Assembly (NCBI GenBank): GCA_964399775.1 | Contig: CAYNSH010000001.1 | Location: forward strand, 56,370-120,369 | Source of the DNA: an uncultured Verrucomicrobiota bacterium | GTDB lineage: Bacteria > Verrucomicrobiota > Kiritimatiellia > CAIQIC01 > Lenti-01 | Reading direction: 5' to 3' | Length of the DNA stretch: 64,000 nucleotides | In this document: positions 47,988 to 57,201 of the stretch, piece by piece | Layout of the letters: each line of letters begins with the position of its first letter | How positions within the stretch are numbered: the first letter of the stretch is position 1 | Position numbers and translations under genes: made by a program | The notes under the pieces: generated by a model | The model's input: only the letters and a program-made list of their open reading frames with translations | Told to the model about the DNA's origin: nothing | Database searches by the model: none

Positions 47988-48112
47988 TTTCCACGGCGTG
48001 GAAAACAGTTTTCCACAGCGTGGAAAAATCCGCGAACAGTTTTCCATGGCGTGGAAAAAAACGGCGAAAGTTTTCCACGGCGTGGAAAACAGTTTTCCAT
48101 AGCGTGGAAAAC
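47988..48112. repeat. Array of five 19-20-bp palindromes TTTTCCAYRGCGTGGAAAAM (cluster A).
   Basis: Five copies with 2-11 nt spacers. Each resembles two inverted DnaA-box-like 9-mers (TTTTCCACA/G). Confidence 0.85.
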
Positions 48113-48140
48113 CGGGGATGGGGGAGTGGAAGGGTGAATC

Positions 48141-50720
48141 ATGCCTAAGAACAACGTGCCGATGGATACGTCGGGGCTGCCGGAGCTGGACCGGGCGCTG
48201 TGCGGCATCCTGGCGGGCGACAACATCGTCTGGAACGTGGACGACGTGGAGCAGTACCGGCGCGTGGCGCGGCCCTACGCCGAGGCGGCGAAGCGCGACG
48301 GGCGCCAGCTGGTGTATTTCCGCTTTGCACGCCACGAGCGCCTCGTGCCCGAGGGCTTCTGCGAAGAGTGCCGGCTGGAGCCGGAAGCCGGCTTCGAGGT
48401 GTTTCTGCACAAGATCCACGAAGTGGTCGGCGACAAAGGCCTCGGGGCCTATTACCTCTTCGACTGCCTCTCCGACCTGGCCACGAACTGGTGCTCGGAC
48501 GCCATGGTCGGCAACTTCTTCATGCTGACGTGCCCGTACCTCTATCGTCTCGAAACGATCGCCTATTTCGGCCTGCTGCGCGGGCGTCATTCGCGCCACG
48601 CGGTGGACCCGGTGCGGGCCACCACCCAGCTCTTCCTCGAAATCTACGGCCACGGCCAGCGGACGTTCGTGCTGCCCATCAAGACCCAGTTCCGCCATTC
48701 GCCGACCATCCACCTGATGCTGGAGTGGGACGGGGCGGAGGCCTTTGCGGTGGTGCGATCGAGCGCGGAGCTGACGCAGGTGCTCGGCCGCGTGCAGCCC
48801 AATTCGACGCGCATCGAGACCTACGGCGACGACGTGGTGCGCCGCGCGGAGGAATGCTTGCGCGCCGGGGCGTCCGACGAAGAAATCGCCGGCCTCAAGC
48901 GCCAGCTCGTGGGCATGATGGTCACCCGCGACGAATCCATCCTGCCGCTGGTCGAGAAGTACCTGACGCTGGAAGACCTGCTCGAGGTGCGCTGGCGCAT
49001 GTTCGGCACCGGGCTGATCGGCGGCAAGGCGGTCGGCATGCTGCTTGCGCGCCGGATCGCCGAGCGCGAATGCCCCGAGCTGGGCGACAAGCTCGAAGCC
49101 CACGACTCGTTCTATATCGGCTCGGACGTGTTCTACAGCTTTCTCGTCCGCAACGGCCTGTGGGAGATCCGCGAAAAACAGCACTCGCCCGATACGTTCC
49201 TCGACGGCGTGGAAGAGGCCCAGGAGCGCATCCTGACGGGAAAATTCTCCAGCTACGAAATCGGCCTGTTCGAGAAGATGCTCGACTACTTCGGGCAGTA
49301 TCCCGTCATTGTGCGCTCCAGCTCGCTGCTGGAGGACGCCTACGGCAATTCGTTCGCGGGCAAGTACGACAGCGTGTTCTGCGCCAACCAGGGCGCGCTC
49401 GAAGAACGGCTGCGCTCGTTCCTCGACGCCATCCGCCACGTCTATGCCAGCAGCATGAGCCGCGAAGCGCTCTCGTACCGCGAGCGCCACGGCCTGCTCA
49501 AGCGCGACGAGCAGATGGCGTTGCTGGTGATGCGCGTCACCGGCGAGCTCCAGGGCCGGGCCTTTTATCCGCACCTCGCCGGCGTGGGCTTCTCCTACAA
49601 TCCGTTCGTCTGGGGCCCCGAGATTGATCCCACGGCCGGCGTCCTGCGCCTGGTCTTTGGTCTGGGCACCCGCGCCGTGGACCGCGTGGACGACGACTAT
49701 ACCCGCGTCGTGGCCCTCAACGCCCCCCTGCGACGACCCGAAGGCAGCTTCGACGAAATCGTCCGCCACACCCAGCGCCGGGTGGATTTCGTGGATCTCG
49801 ACGCCGGACATCTCTCCGCCGGCGAGTTCTCCGAGTTGCTGCCCTCGGCCCAAGGCGTGCCCGTGGACCTTTTCACCACCGAAACGCCTGAGGGCGGACG
49901 GTTCCTGACCTTCGACGGACTCCTGACCCGCACCGATTTCGTGAAGGATTTCCATGCCTTGCTCAAAACCCTCGAAGGCGTGTACGGCAAGCCGGTGGAT
50001 ATCGAATTCGCCGTGAATTTCCTGCCCGACGGCCAAAGCTACCTGGTCAACCTGCTGCAATGCCGCGCGCTGCAGGTGCAGGGCACCCACAATCCCAAGG
50101 TGCCGCAGGTGGAATGTCCGGTCGAGGGCGTGCTGGCGGCGGGGAAGGGGGCCATGGTGGGGCACAGCCGCGTCGAGCGGCTCGACTGGCTCGTGCTGGT
50201 GGTGCCGGAGGTGTATGGCTCCATGCCCGAGCGCGACCGCCACGGCGTGGCCCGCGCCGTCGGCGCCGTCAACCGCGCCCTCGCCGTCGTCGAAGTCGGC
50301 GCGCTCGCCATCGGCCCCGGCCGCTGGGGCACCCACATGGCCTCCCTCGGCGTCCCCGTGCGCTTCTCCGAAATCAGCCACATGAGCGCCATCTGCGAGC
50401 TGATGATGATGCACGAATTCCTGACCCCCGACGTCTCGCTGGGCACCCATTTCTTTGGCGAACTCGTCGAAATGAACATCCTCTACTTCGCGCTCTTCCC
50501 CGGCCGCGAGGGCAACCGCCTCAACCTGGCGGCGCTGATGGCCGCGCCCAACCGCCTCGCCGAGCTGGCTCCCGCCGCCGCCGACCGGAGCGACGTCCTG
50601 CGCGTCGTCCGCGCCGACGACCTCAATCCCGACGGCGTCTGGCTGGTCGCCGACGGCATCCAGCGCCAAGTCACCGTCACCCTCTGCCCCCCCATGCTCC
50701 GCGAATCCGTGGGGGTGTGA
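48141..50720 (+). CDS. PEP-utilising-enzyme family protein with a PPDK_N (pyruvate phosphate dikinase / PEP synthase nucleotide-binding) domain. No obvious phospho-His swivel domain.
   Basis: …FGTGLIGGKAVGMLLARRI… and …VIVRSSSLLEDAYGNSFAGKYDSV are PPDK_N motifs. Confidence 0.6.
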   Translation: MPKNNVPMDTSGLPELDRALCGILAGDNIVWNVDDVEQYRRVARPYAEAAKRDGRQLVYFRFARHERLVPEGFCEECRLEPEAGFEVFLHKIHEVVGDKGLGAYYLFDCLSDLATNWCSDAMVGNFFMLTCPYLYRLETIAYFGLLRGRHSRHAVDPVRATTQLFLEIYGHGQRTFVLPIKTQFRHSPTIHLMLEWDGAEAFAVVRSSAELTQVLGRVQPNSTRIETYGDDVVRRAEECLRAGASDEEIAGLKRQLVGMMVTRDESILPLVEKYLTLEDLLEVRWRMFGTGLIGGKAVGMLLARRIAERECPELGDKLEAHDSFYIGSDVFYSFLVRNGLWEIREKQHSPDTFLDGVEEAQERILTGKFSSYEIGLFEKMLDYFGQYPVIVRSSSLLEDAYGNSFAGKYDSVFCANQGALEERLRSFLDAIRHVYASSMSREALSYRERHGLLKRDEQMALLVMRVTGELQGRAFYPHLAGVGFSYNPFVWGPEIDPTAGVLRLVFGLGTRAVDRVDDDYTRVVALNAPLRRPEGSFDEIVRHTQRRVDFVDLDAGHLSAGEFSELLPSAQGVPVDLFTTETPEGGRFLTFDGLLTRTDFVKDFHALLKTLEGVYGKPVDIEFAVNFLPDGQSYLVNLLQCRALQVQGTHNPKVPQVECPVEGVLAAGKGAMVGHSRVERLDWLVLVVPEVYGSMPERDRHGVARAVGAVNRALAVVEVGALAIGPGRWGTHMASLGVPVRFSEISHMSAICELMMMHEFLTPDVSLGTHFFGELVEMNILYFALFPGREGNRLNLAALMAAPNRLAELAPAAADRSDVLRVVRADDLNPDGVWLVADGIQRQVTVTLCPPMLRESVGV

Positions 50721-50744
50721 CCTTCTTCACCCCTGGCGCAAGGC

Positions 50745-50772
50745 CGCGGGGGTCTACAAAATAGACCCCTAA
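50745..50772 (+). terminator. Stem-loop GGGGGTCTA-CAAAA-TAGACCCCT downstream of the PPDK_N gene.
   Basis: The inverted repeat is seen directly. No strong U-tract. Confidence 0.45.
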
Positions 50773-51109
50773 TCAAGGGAACAGCCGGAGGACGTTTTAG
50801 ACAGGATGAACAGGATTTTTCAGGATTCACAGGATTGAACAGCCGATTGGCCACAAAGCTTTCCAAGCCGCAGGCATGGAGCACAAAGAGGTTTTGGCTC
50901 CAGGCCTCCAATCGTGTCGCTCTCTGTGTTCTATGTGCTCTATGTGGCTGATTCATTTTTCCTTTGTTTCCTGTGTTCCTGCTTGGGCTTTCTGCCCGAC
51001 CTGATTCACCCCTGCCACGAGGGCATGGGGGTCTTTTTGGGCGTTGTGGATTGACGGGGGGTTGGATAGAGTGGGCGGCCCGATTGGGTTGAACGGAAAG
51101 AGGCCGCGC

Positions 51110-53674
51110 ATGAAGATCCATGACTTTTTAAAGACGAATCGCCTGCTGGTGGACGGGGCGATGGGCACGCAGATCCAGAACCGCCATCCGGGGGCGGCGG
51201 CTTGGGGCGAGTACGAGGGCTGCAACGAGTGGCTGAATTTGACGGCGCCGGAGATCATCCGCGACATCCACCTGGGCTATTTCCGAGCCGGCAGCGACGC
51301 GGTGGAGACCAACAGCTTCGGTTCGTCGCCGATGACGCTGGGGGAGTATGACCTGAGCGCGCGGGCGAAGGAGATTTCGCGGGCGGCGGCGGAGATCGCG
51401 CGCGGCGCGGCCGACGCGGCGCAGGCGGAGGACGGGCGTCCGCGGTTTGTGCTGGGTTCGGTGGGGCCGGGAACCAAGCTGGCCACGCTGGGGCAGGCGA
51501 GCTATGACGACCTCTACGGGGGCTATCAGGAGCAGATGGGCGGGCTGCTGGAGGGCGGGGCGGATGGGCTCATTATCGAAACCTGCCAGGACCTCTTGCA
51601 GATCAAGGCGGCGGTGGGGGCGGCCATGGCTTTGCTGGGCGGGAGCCGCGACAAGCTGCTGTATGTGTCGGTGACGGTGGAAACGACGGGGACGCTGCTG
51701 GTGGGGTCGTCCATCTGGGCGGTGCTGGCGGCGCTGGAGCCGTACCCGATTGATGTGCTGGGGATGAATTGCGCGACGGGGCCGGAGGCCATGCAGCGGC
51801 ATCTGGAGGCGATCGCCCGCCAGTGGCGGGGGAGGATCGGCTGCATGCCGAACGCGGGTCTGCCCACGCTGAAGGACGGCCAGGTGCATTATCCGCTTGG
51901 CCCGGTCGAATTCGCCCAGGTGTTTGCGCCGATGGTGAAAGCGATCGGCCTGAACGTGGCGGGGGGCTGCTGCGGGACGACGCCGGAGCATATCCACGCC
52001 CTGCGCGAAGCGCTGGGCGACCCCGGCGCCCCCGCGGCTCGGGAGGCCATCGCGCCCGAGCAGGTGTGCAGTCTGTTTTCGCCGATGGACCTGGCGCAGG
52101 AGCCCCCGCCGCTCTACGTGGGCGAACGGGCGAATGCCACGGGCTCCAAAAAATTCCGCGAGGCGCTCTTGGCGGAGCGGCTGGACACGGCCTTCGACCT
52201 GCTGACGGAGCAGGACGAGGGGGTGGCGCATGTGCTGGACCTGAGCGTGGCCTACGCCGGGCGCGACGAGCTGGCGGATATGACGACGCTGGTGGCGCGC
52301 GCCGCCCGTGAGTGCCGCCTGCCGCTCATGGTGGACAGCACGCAGCTGGACGTGGTCGAGGCGGCGCTGAAGCTGTACGGCGGCCGGATGCTGATCAATT
52401 CGATCAATTTCGAGTCGGGCGAGGAAAAGGCCGAAAAGCTGGTGGCGCTGGCGCGACAGTTCGGGGCCGGCCTGGTGGCGCTGACCATCGACGAGGTGGG
52501 CATGGCCATGACGGCCGACCGCAAGGTGGAGATCGCCCGGCGCCTGGTGGACTTCTGCGTGCACCGCGGGATGCGCCCCGGCGACCTGCTGATTGATACG
52601 CTGACGTTCACGGTCGGCAGCGGCGACCCCTCGCTCAAGTCCGCCGCGGTCGAGACGATCGCGGCCATCCGGCGCATCAAGGCCGAAATTCCCGGCGTGC
52701 GGACGCTGCTGGGACTTTCCAATATCTCCTTCGGCTTGAAGCCAGCGGCGCGCAAGGTGCTCAATACGCTGTTCCTGGACCGCTGCATCAAGGCGGGCCT
52801 GGATGCGTGCATTATCAATACGGCGACGCTGGTGCCGCTGACCGACCTGCCCGCCGAGTCGGTCGAGCTGGCCGCGAAGCTGCTCGACAACGACGCGTCC
52901 AACGGCGATCCGCTGGAAAACTACATTCAACACTTCGAGGCGGCGGTGCCCGAGGAAGAGGCGGGCGCGGCCGGGGCGATCCTGTCGCCGGAGGAACAGG
53001 TGCAGGCGGCCCTGGTCAAGGGCAAGGCCGCCCTGCTGGAAACCTCCATCCCCGCGCTGCTGGAGAGGATGGCGGCGGAGGACGTGCTGAACAACCACCT
53101 GATCCCGGGCATGAAGGAGGTCGGGCGGCTGTTCAACGACGGCATTCTGCAGCTTCCGTTCGTGCTGAAGTCGGCCGAGGTGATGAAAAAGGCCGTTGCG
53201 ATGATCAAGCCCTTCCTGAAGGCCGGGGAGGCGAAGGCGGCCGGCACGCTGGTGATCGGCACCGTGGCGGGCGACGTGCACGACATCGGCAAGAACCTGG
53301 TGGACATCATTCTGTCCAACAACGGCTACCGGGTGGTGAACCTCGGGGTCAAGGTGCCCATCGAGAAAATGCTCGCGGCGGTCAAGGAGTCCAACGCCGA
53401 CATGCTGGGGATGAGCGGCCTGCTGGTGAAGTCGGTGCAGGTGATGCGCGAAAACCTCAAGGCGATGGAAACGGCGGGGCTGAAGATCCCGGTGCTGCTG
53501 GGCGGCGCCGCGCTGACGGACGATTTTGTCCTGAAGGACTGCCAGCCGGCCTATTCGGGACCGGTGCGCTACTGCAAGGACGCCTTTGACAGCATTACGT
53601 GCTTCCGCGAGCTGGAGGAGACGGGCCGCCTCGCGCCGTCGCCGCCCTACCAGGCCAAACCGGCGCAAACTTGA
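51110..53674 (+). CDS. metH: Cobalamin-dependent methionine synthase MetH lacking the C-terminal activation domain (Hcy-binding, pterin-binding and B12-binding modules).
   Basis: DGAMGT, GGCCGTTPEHI, pterin-binding and B12-binding motifs including GTVAGDVHDIGKNLV. 854 aa, where full-length MetH is about 1200 aa. Confidence 0.85.
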   Translation: MKIHDFLKTNRLLVDGAMGTQIQNRHPGAAAWGEYEGCNEWLNLTAPEIIRDIHLGYFRAGSDAVETNSFGSSPMTLGEYDLSARAKEISRAAAEIARGAADAAQAEDGRPRFVLGSVGPGTKLATLGQASYDDLYGGYQEQMGGLLEGGADGLIIETCQDLLQIKAAVGAAMALLGGSRDKLLYVSVTVETTGTLLVGSSIWAVLAALEPYPIDVLGMNCATGPEAMQRHLEAIARQWRGRIGCMPNAGLPTLKDGQVHYPLGPVEFAQVFAPMVKAIGLNVAGGCCGTTPEHIHALREALGDPGAPAAREAIAPEQVCSLFSPMDLAQEPPPLYVGERANATGSKKFREALLAERLDTAFDLLTEQDEGVAHVLDLSVAYAGRDELADMTTLVARAARECRLPLMVDSTQLDVVEAALKLYGGRMLINSINFESGEEKAEKLVALARQFGAGLVALTIDEVGMAMTADRKVEIARRLVDFCVHRGMRPGDLLIDTLTFTVGSGDPSLKSAAVETIAAIRRIKAEIPGVRTLLGLSNISFGLKPAARKVLNTLFLDRCIKAGLDACIINTATLVPLTDLPAESVELAAKLLDNDASNGDPLENYIQHFEAAVPEEEAGAAGAILSPEEQVQAALVKGKAALLETSIPALLERMAAEDVLNNHLIPGMKEVGRLFNDGILQLPFVLKSAEVMKKAVAMIKPFLKAGEAKAAGTLVIGTVAGDVHDIGKNLVDIILSNNGYRVVNLGVKVPIEKMLAAVKESNADMLGMSGLLVKSVQVMRENLKAMETAGLKIPVLLGGAALTDDFVLKDCQPAYSGPVRYCKDAFDSITCFRELEETGRLAPSPPYQAKPAQT

Positions 53675-53709
53675 AACTGGAAACTGGAAACTTGGAAAAA
53701 AGGGGGTAG

Positions 53710-53840
53710 GGTTCCACGCTATGGAAAACAGTTTTCCACAGTATGGAAAAAAGTGGCGCCGGTTTTCCACGGCATGGAAAATCCGTACGCTTTTTTTCCA
53801 CGGCATGGATCCGGCATCTGCCGGACCACAGCATGGAAAA
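53710..53840. repeat. Array of about five TTTTCCACRGYATGGAAAA palindromes (cluster B), partly degenerate.
   Basis: Same family as 47988-48112. Lies between metH and the activation-domain gene. Confidence 0.8.
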
Positions 53841-53928
53841 CCCGGGACGAGGGCGTCCCGGCTCCAGAACGCGGGACGAGGGCGTCCCGGCTCCAACTGA
53901 CCTCTGAACCCCGACCCCCCAAACCGCC

Positions 53929-54705
53929 ATGACGACAGAACCCACACCCGTCACGCCTGTTGATGAACCGATCACGCCGCCCTTTTGGGGCGCGCAAGTC
54001 TGGGACCCGCCCATGGAGGAGGTGAATCCGTTCATCGAGCGGATGTCGCTGCTGGTGGGGCGCTGGGGGTATAAGAAAGGAAACCTGTCCGAGGGCGAAT
54101 ACCGCCAGATTCTCGAGGGGGAGGCGCAGGGGCATTTTCAGCGGCTCGTGCGGGAAAACATGGAGCGCCGCTTGTTCTTCCCCCGGGCGGCGGTGGCGTG
54201 GCTCACGTGCAAGCCGGATGGTGACACCTTGATCGTATATCCGCACGGTGGCGGGGGGCCGGTGACGCTTTCCTTCCCGCGCCAACAGATTGGCCAGAAG
54301 CTGAGCATTCCGGATTTCTATGCCCAAGACGGCGACATCCTGGGGGTGTTCACGGTGACAGTCGGCAGTCCGGAGGCCTCGGCGGAAATGGAACGGCTTC
54401 AGGACAACGGGGAATACCAGGAATATTTCTTTTGGACGGGGTTTGCGGCGGAATATGCGGATGCGGTGGCGGAGTGGGCCCACCGCCAGATGCTCGAGCC
54501 CATCGGCGGCAAGCGCGGGGCGCGCTTCGGCCCGGGCTATCCGTCGTGTCCGGACATGAGCCTCAGCCGCTGGATCTGCGAGTGGTCGCAAGCGCACCGC
54601 ATCGGAGTTTCGGTGACGGATTCCGACATGCTGGAGCCCGAGATGAGCACCAGCGCGATCCTGGCCCACCGGCCCCGGGCGCGGATCTTCAACCGCCTGG
54701 AATAG
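53929..54705 (+). CDS. Stand-alone methionine-synthase activation domain (AdoMet-binding, Met_synt_B12).
   Basis: …ARFGPGYPSCPDMS… matches the RxxxGYPACPD motif of the MetH reactivation domain. Confidence 0.7.
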   Translation: MTTEPTPVTPVDEPITPPFWGAQVWDPPMEEVNPFIERMSLLVGRWGYKKGNLSEGEYRQILEGEAQGHFQRLVRENMERRLFFPRAAVAWLTCKPDGDTLIVYPHGGGGPVTLSFPRQQIGQKLSIPDFYAQDGDILGVFTVTVGSPEASAEMERLQDNGEYQEYFFWTGFAAEYADAVAEWAHRQMLEPIGGKRGARFGPGYPSCPDMSLSRWICEWSQAHRIGVSVTDSDMLEPEMSTSAILAHRPRARIFNRLE

Positions 54706-54852
54706 GCGGGAATGGGGCCGGCGCCCCGGCTCGGGACTTCCCGCGGAAATGGCGGTTGACGGAATCGGCGGGCTCCCCCTATACTTCCGAAAATTGTGCA
54801 GGGCGGCCATTTCGGTTTTTCCGAGTGGGCGACGGTGTGCAGGAGGCAGAAA

Positions 54853-55464
54853 ATGAAGCATCCAATTCGGACGATGACACTGGCGGGAGCCGCGATCCTG
54901 GTTCTGGTTGTCTTGGTGGGCGACGTGGCGTTCGGCCAGCTGGCCCCGGCGCCGGCCGTCCCGGCGGGCGAAATCCTGCGCACGCGCCAGCCCCCGGCCT
55001 TCACGACCGAAAAGACGCCGGTGTTCCAGACCTCGATGCGGACGCAGTCATCGGCCCGCCCGCCGGACTGGGGCCGGGTGGTCTTTCAATTCGAAACGCA
55101 GCCGGACTGGCTGGACGAGTTGGAGTTCACGTTTTACGTTTATGTTAAGGACCAGAGTGCGCGCGGCGCCGAGGTGATGTTGCGCGGGGTGGTGACCTAT
55201 CTCAACGTGGCGAAGGGCCGTCACCAGGCCGATATTTTCATGCATCCGTCCACCCTGTCCCGGATGGGGCGTCCCGAGCAGTTTGCCGTGGTGATCCGGC
55301 ATCGCGGCGCGGTCGTGGCCTCCGGCTCGACGGCGACGACGCCCAACTGGTGGGAACGGTTTCCGCCGGTGGATGGCGTGCTGTTGACGCGCGCGCAGAC
55401 CCCGTTCGCGCTGATCGAGTACGACGCGTACAACCTGATCAAGCCCGCCGCCGCCGCCCGCTAG
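54853..55464 (+). CDS. Secreted hypothetical protein, first gene of the pilus-like locus.
   Basis: Signal peptide MKHPIRTMTLAGAAILVLVVLVG. GCAGGAGG lies upstream. Confidence 0.5.
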   Translation: MKHPIRTMTLAGAAILVLVVLVGDVAFGQLAPAPAVPAGEILRTRQPPAFTTEKTPVFQTSMRTQSSARPPDWGRVVFQFETQPDWLDELEFTFYVYVKDQSARGAEVMLRGVVTYLNVAKGRHQADIFMHPSTLSRMGRPEQFAVVIRHRGAVVASGSTATTPNWWERFPPVDGVLLTRAQTPFALIEYDAYNLIKPAAAAR

Positions 55465-55485
55465 ACCCGGCAAGGAACCTCCCCC

Positions 55486-57201
55486 ATGGCGAAAAAGCCC
55501 ATACTGACGCTGGACATTGGCTCGCACAGCCTCAAGCTGGCCGAGTTCATGGATGTACGCGGCGGGCTGGAGATGACCCGCTACGCGGTGAGCGAACTGG
55601 GCGTTGATCCGCAAAGCGACACGGACCGCTCCCAGTACATCATCACCACCATCCACGACCTGATCCGCGAGTCGGGTTGCAAGCCCGGGCCGGTACAAGT
55701 CACCATTTCGGGCCATTCGGTTTTTTCGCGGTTTGTGAAGCTGCCGCCGGTGGAGCCGGAAAAGGTCTTCCAGATCATCCAGTACGAAGCGCAGCAGAAC
55801 GTGCCGTTCCCGATGAACGAGGTGGTCTGGGACTACCAGCTCATCAGCGGCGCCAGCGGCGATGTCGACGTGATGCTGGCGGCGATCAAGTCGGACATCA
55901 TCGACGGAATATGCGATTGCGTGCGGTTCACGGGGCTGGTGCCGATTCTGGTGGATGTGGCCCCGATGGCGCTGTACAACGCGGTGCGCTACAACTACGA
56001 CAACCTGCCGGCGTGCACGCTGGTGGTGGATATCGGGGCGCGCTCGACCGATTTGATCTTCATCGAGGCGGGCCGGATCTTCAGCCGCAGCGTGCCGGTG
56101 GCCGGCAACCAGATCACCCAGTTGATCATGAACGAGTTCGCGATCTCGTTCGACGACGCCGAGGCGATGAAGAAAGCCCACGCCTACGTGGCGTTCGGCG
56201 GGGCCTATGAAGGCCCGCAGAGCGAGACCGTCGACAAGGTCTCCAAGAGCGTGCGCAGCATGATGACGCGCCTGCACCAGGAGCTGAACCGCTCGATCAA
56301 CTTCTATCGCAGCCAGCAGGGCGGCCAGCAGCCGGCGCTGCTGCTGTTGACCGGCGGCAGTTCGGTCATTCCGTATACGGACACCTTCCTGCGCGAAAAG
56401 CTGCGCGTCGAGACCGACTACTTCAATCCGTTCAACAACGTGGCCGTGGCCGAGCAGATCCCCGCCGAGCAGGTGGGGGCCCACGCCTGCGAGATGGGGC
56501 AGTTGGTGGGATTGGCCCTGCGCCAGTTGCATACTTGCCCGATCGAAGTCAACCTCCTGCCCCCGAAGGCCGAGGAGGAAAAGAAGTTCAAGCAGAAGCA
56601 ACCCCTGTTCGCCCTGGCGGCCGCAACCGTTTTGATGATTCTGGCGATTTGGATCGCGTACTACGCGCGATCGGCCAAGGCCACCGAAATCATCCGCGGC
56701 CGCATCGAGTCGCGCGTCTCGGAGTTGACCACCATCGAACGGAACTTGATTGAAGCCGAAACCGCGATGAGCGGGGTGGAGAGTCGAATCGGCAAACTGA
56801 CCCGCCTGGAGGCCAGCCGCGGGGTTTGGCGCAACCTGCTGGGTGAAATCAGCGGCGCCTTGACCGACGGCATGTGGCTGGTCCGGATTCGTCCGCTGGA
56901 GAGCCTGCCGGGCGAGACGCCGGTCGTTCCCGCGGCTCCCGCCGCGCGGGGGCGCCGGGGCGAGCCGGCCCCGCCATCCCCGGTCTCGGCCACCCGCGTC
57001 GCCGGCATTGAAATCGAAGGCATCGGCTACCGCGACAAGATCCGGTCCGGCGAAGAAATCAGCCAGTATCGCGACAAACTGCGCGAGTCGCCGCTGTTTT
57101 CCGAGAAGACGGAAATCACCTGGCAGCCCCCGGCCCGGCCGGATGCCAGCATCCTCGAGTTCAAGATTTTGGCCGTATTAGAGGAGCCGCAGGAGCTATG
57201 A
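55486..57201 (+). CDS. pilM: Type IV pilus assembly PilM (actin-like ATPase) fused to a PilN-like TM/coiled-coil domain.
   Basis: ILTLDIGSHSLKLAEF…LVVDIGARSTDL. A TM helix LFALAAATVLMILAIWIAYY lies about residue 370, followed by a periplasmic coiled coil. Confidence 0.75.
   Translation: MAKKPILTLDIGSHSLKLAEFMDVRGGLEMTRYAVSELGVDPQSDTDRSQYIITTIHDLIRESGCKPGPVQVTISGHSVFSRFVKLPPVEPEKVFQIIQYEAQQNVPFPMNEVVWDYQLISGASGDVDVMLAAIKSDIIDGICDCVRFTGLVPILVDVAPMALYNAVRYNYDNLPACTLVVDIGARSTDLIFIEAGRIFSRSVPVAGNQITQLIMNEFAISFDDAEAMKKAHAYVAFGGAYEGPQSETVDKVSKSVRSMMTRLHQELNRSINFYRSQQGGQQPALLLLTGGSSVIPYTDTFLREKLRVETDYFNPFNNVAVAEQIPAEQVGAHACEMGQLVGLALRQLHTCPIEVNLLPPKAEEEKKFKQKQPLFALAAATVLMILAIWIAYYARSAKATEIIRGRIESRVSELTTIERNLIEAETAMSGVESRIGKLTRLEASRGVWRNLLGEISGALTDGMWLVRIRPLESLPGETPVVPAAPAARGRRGEPAPPSPVSATRVAGIEIEGIGYRDKIRSGEEISQYRDKLRESPLFSEKTEITWQPPARPDASILEFKILAVLEEPQEL

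Noticed and set aside
47988-48112. The palindrome arrays as a chromosomal origin (oriC).
   Set aside because: Three separate clusters occur within 16 kb. No dnaA, dnaN or AT-rich DUE is adjacent. Each cluster sits right after a stop codon, like a REP/terminator element.
50773-51109. SAM or B12 riboswitch upstream of metH.
   Set aside because: The region carries CAGGATT and CTCTRTG tandem repeats. I could not recognise the conserved SAM-I or cobalamin riboswitch cores by eye. A covariance-model scan is needed.
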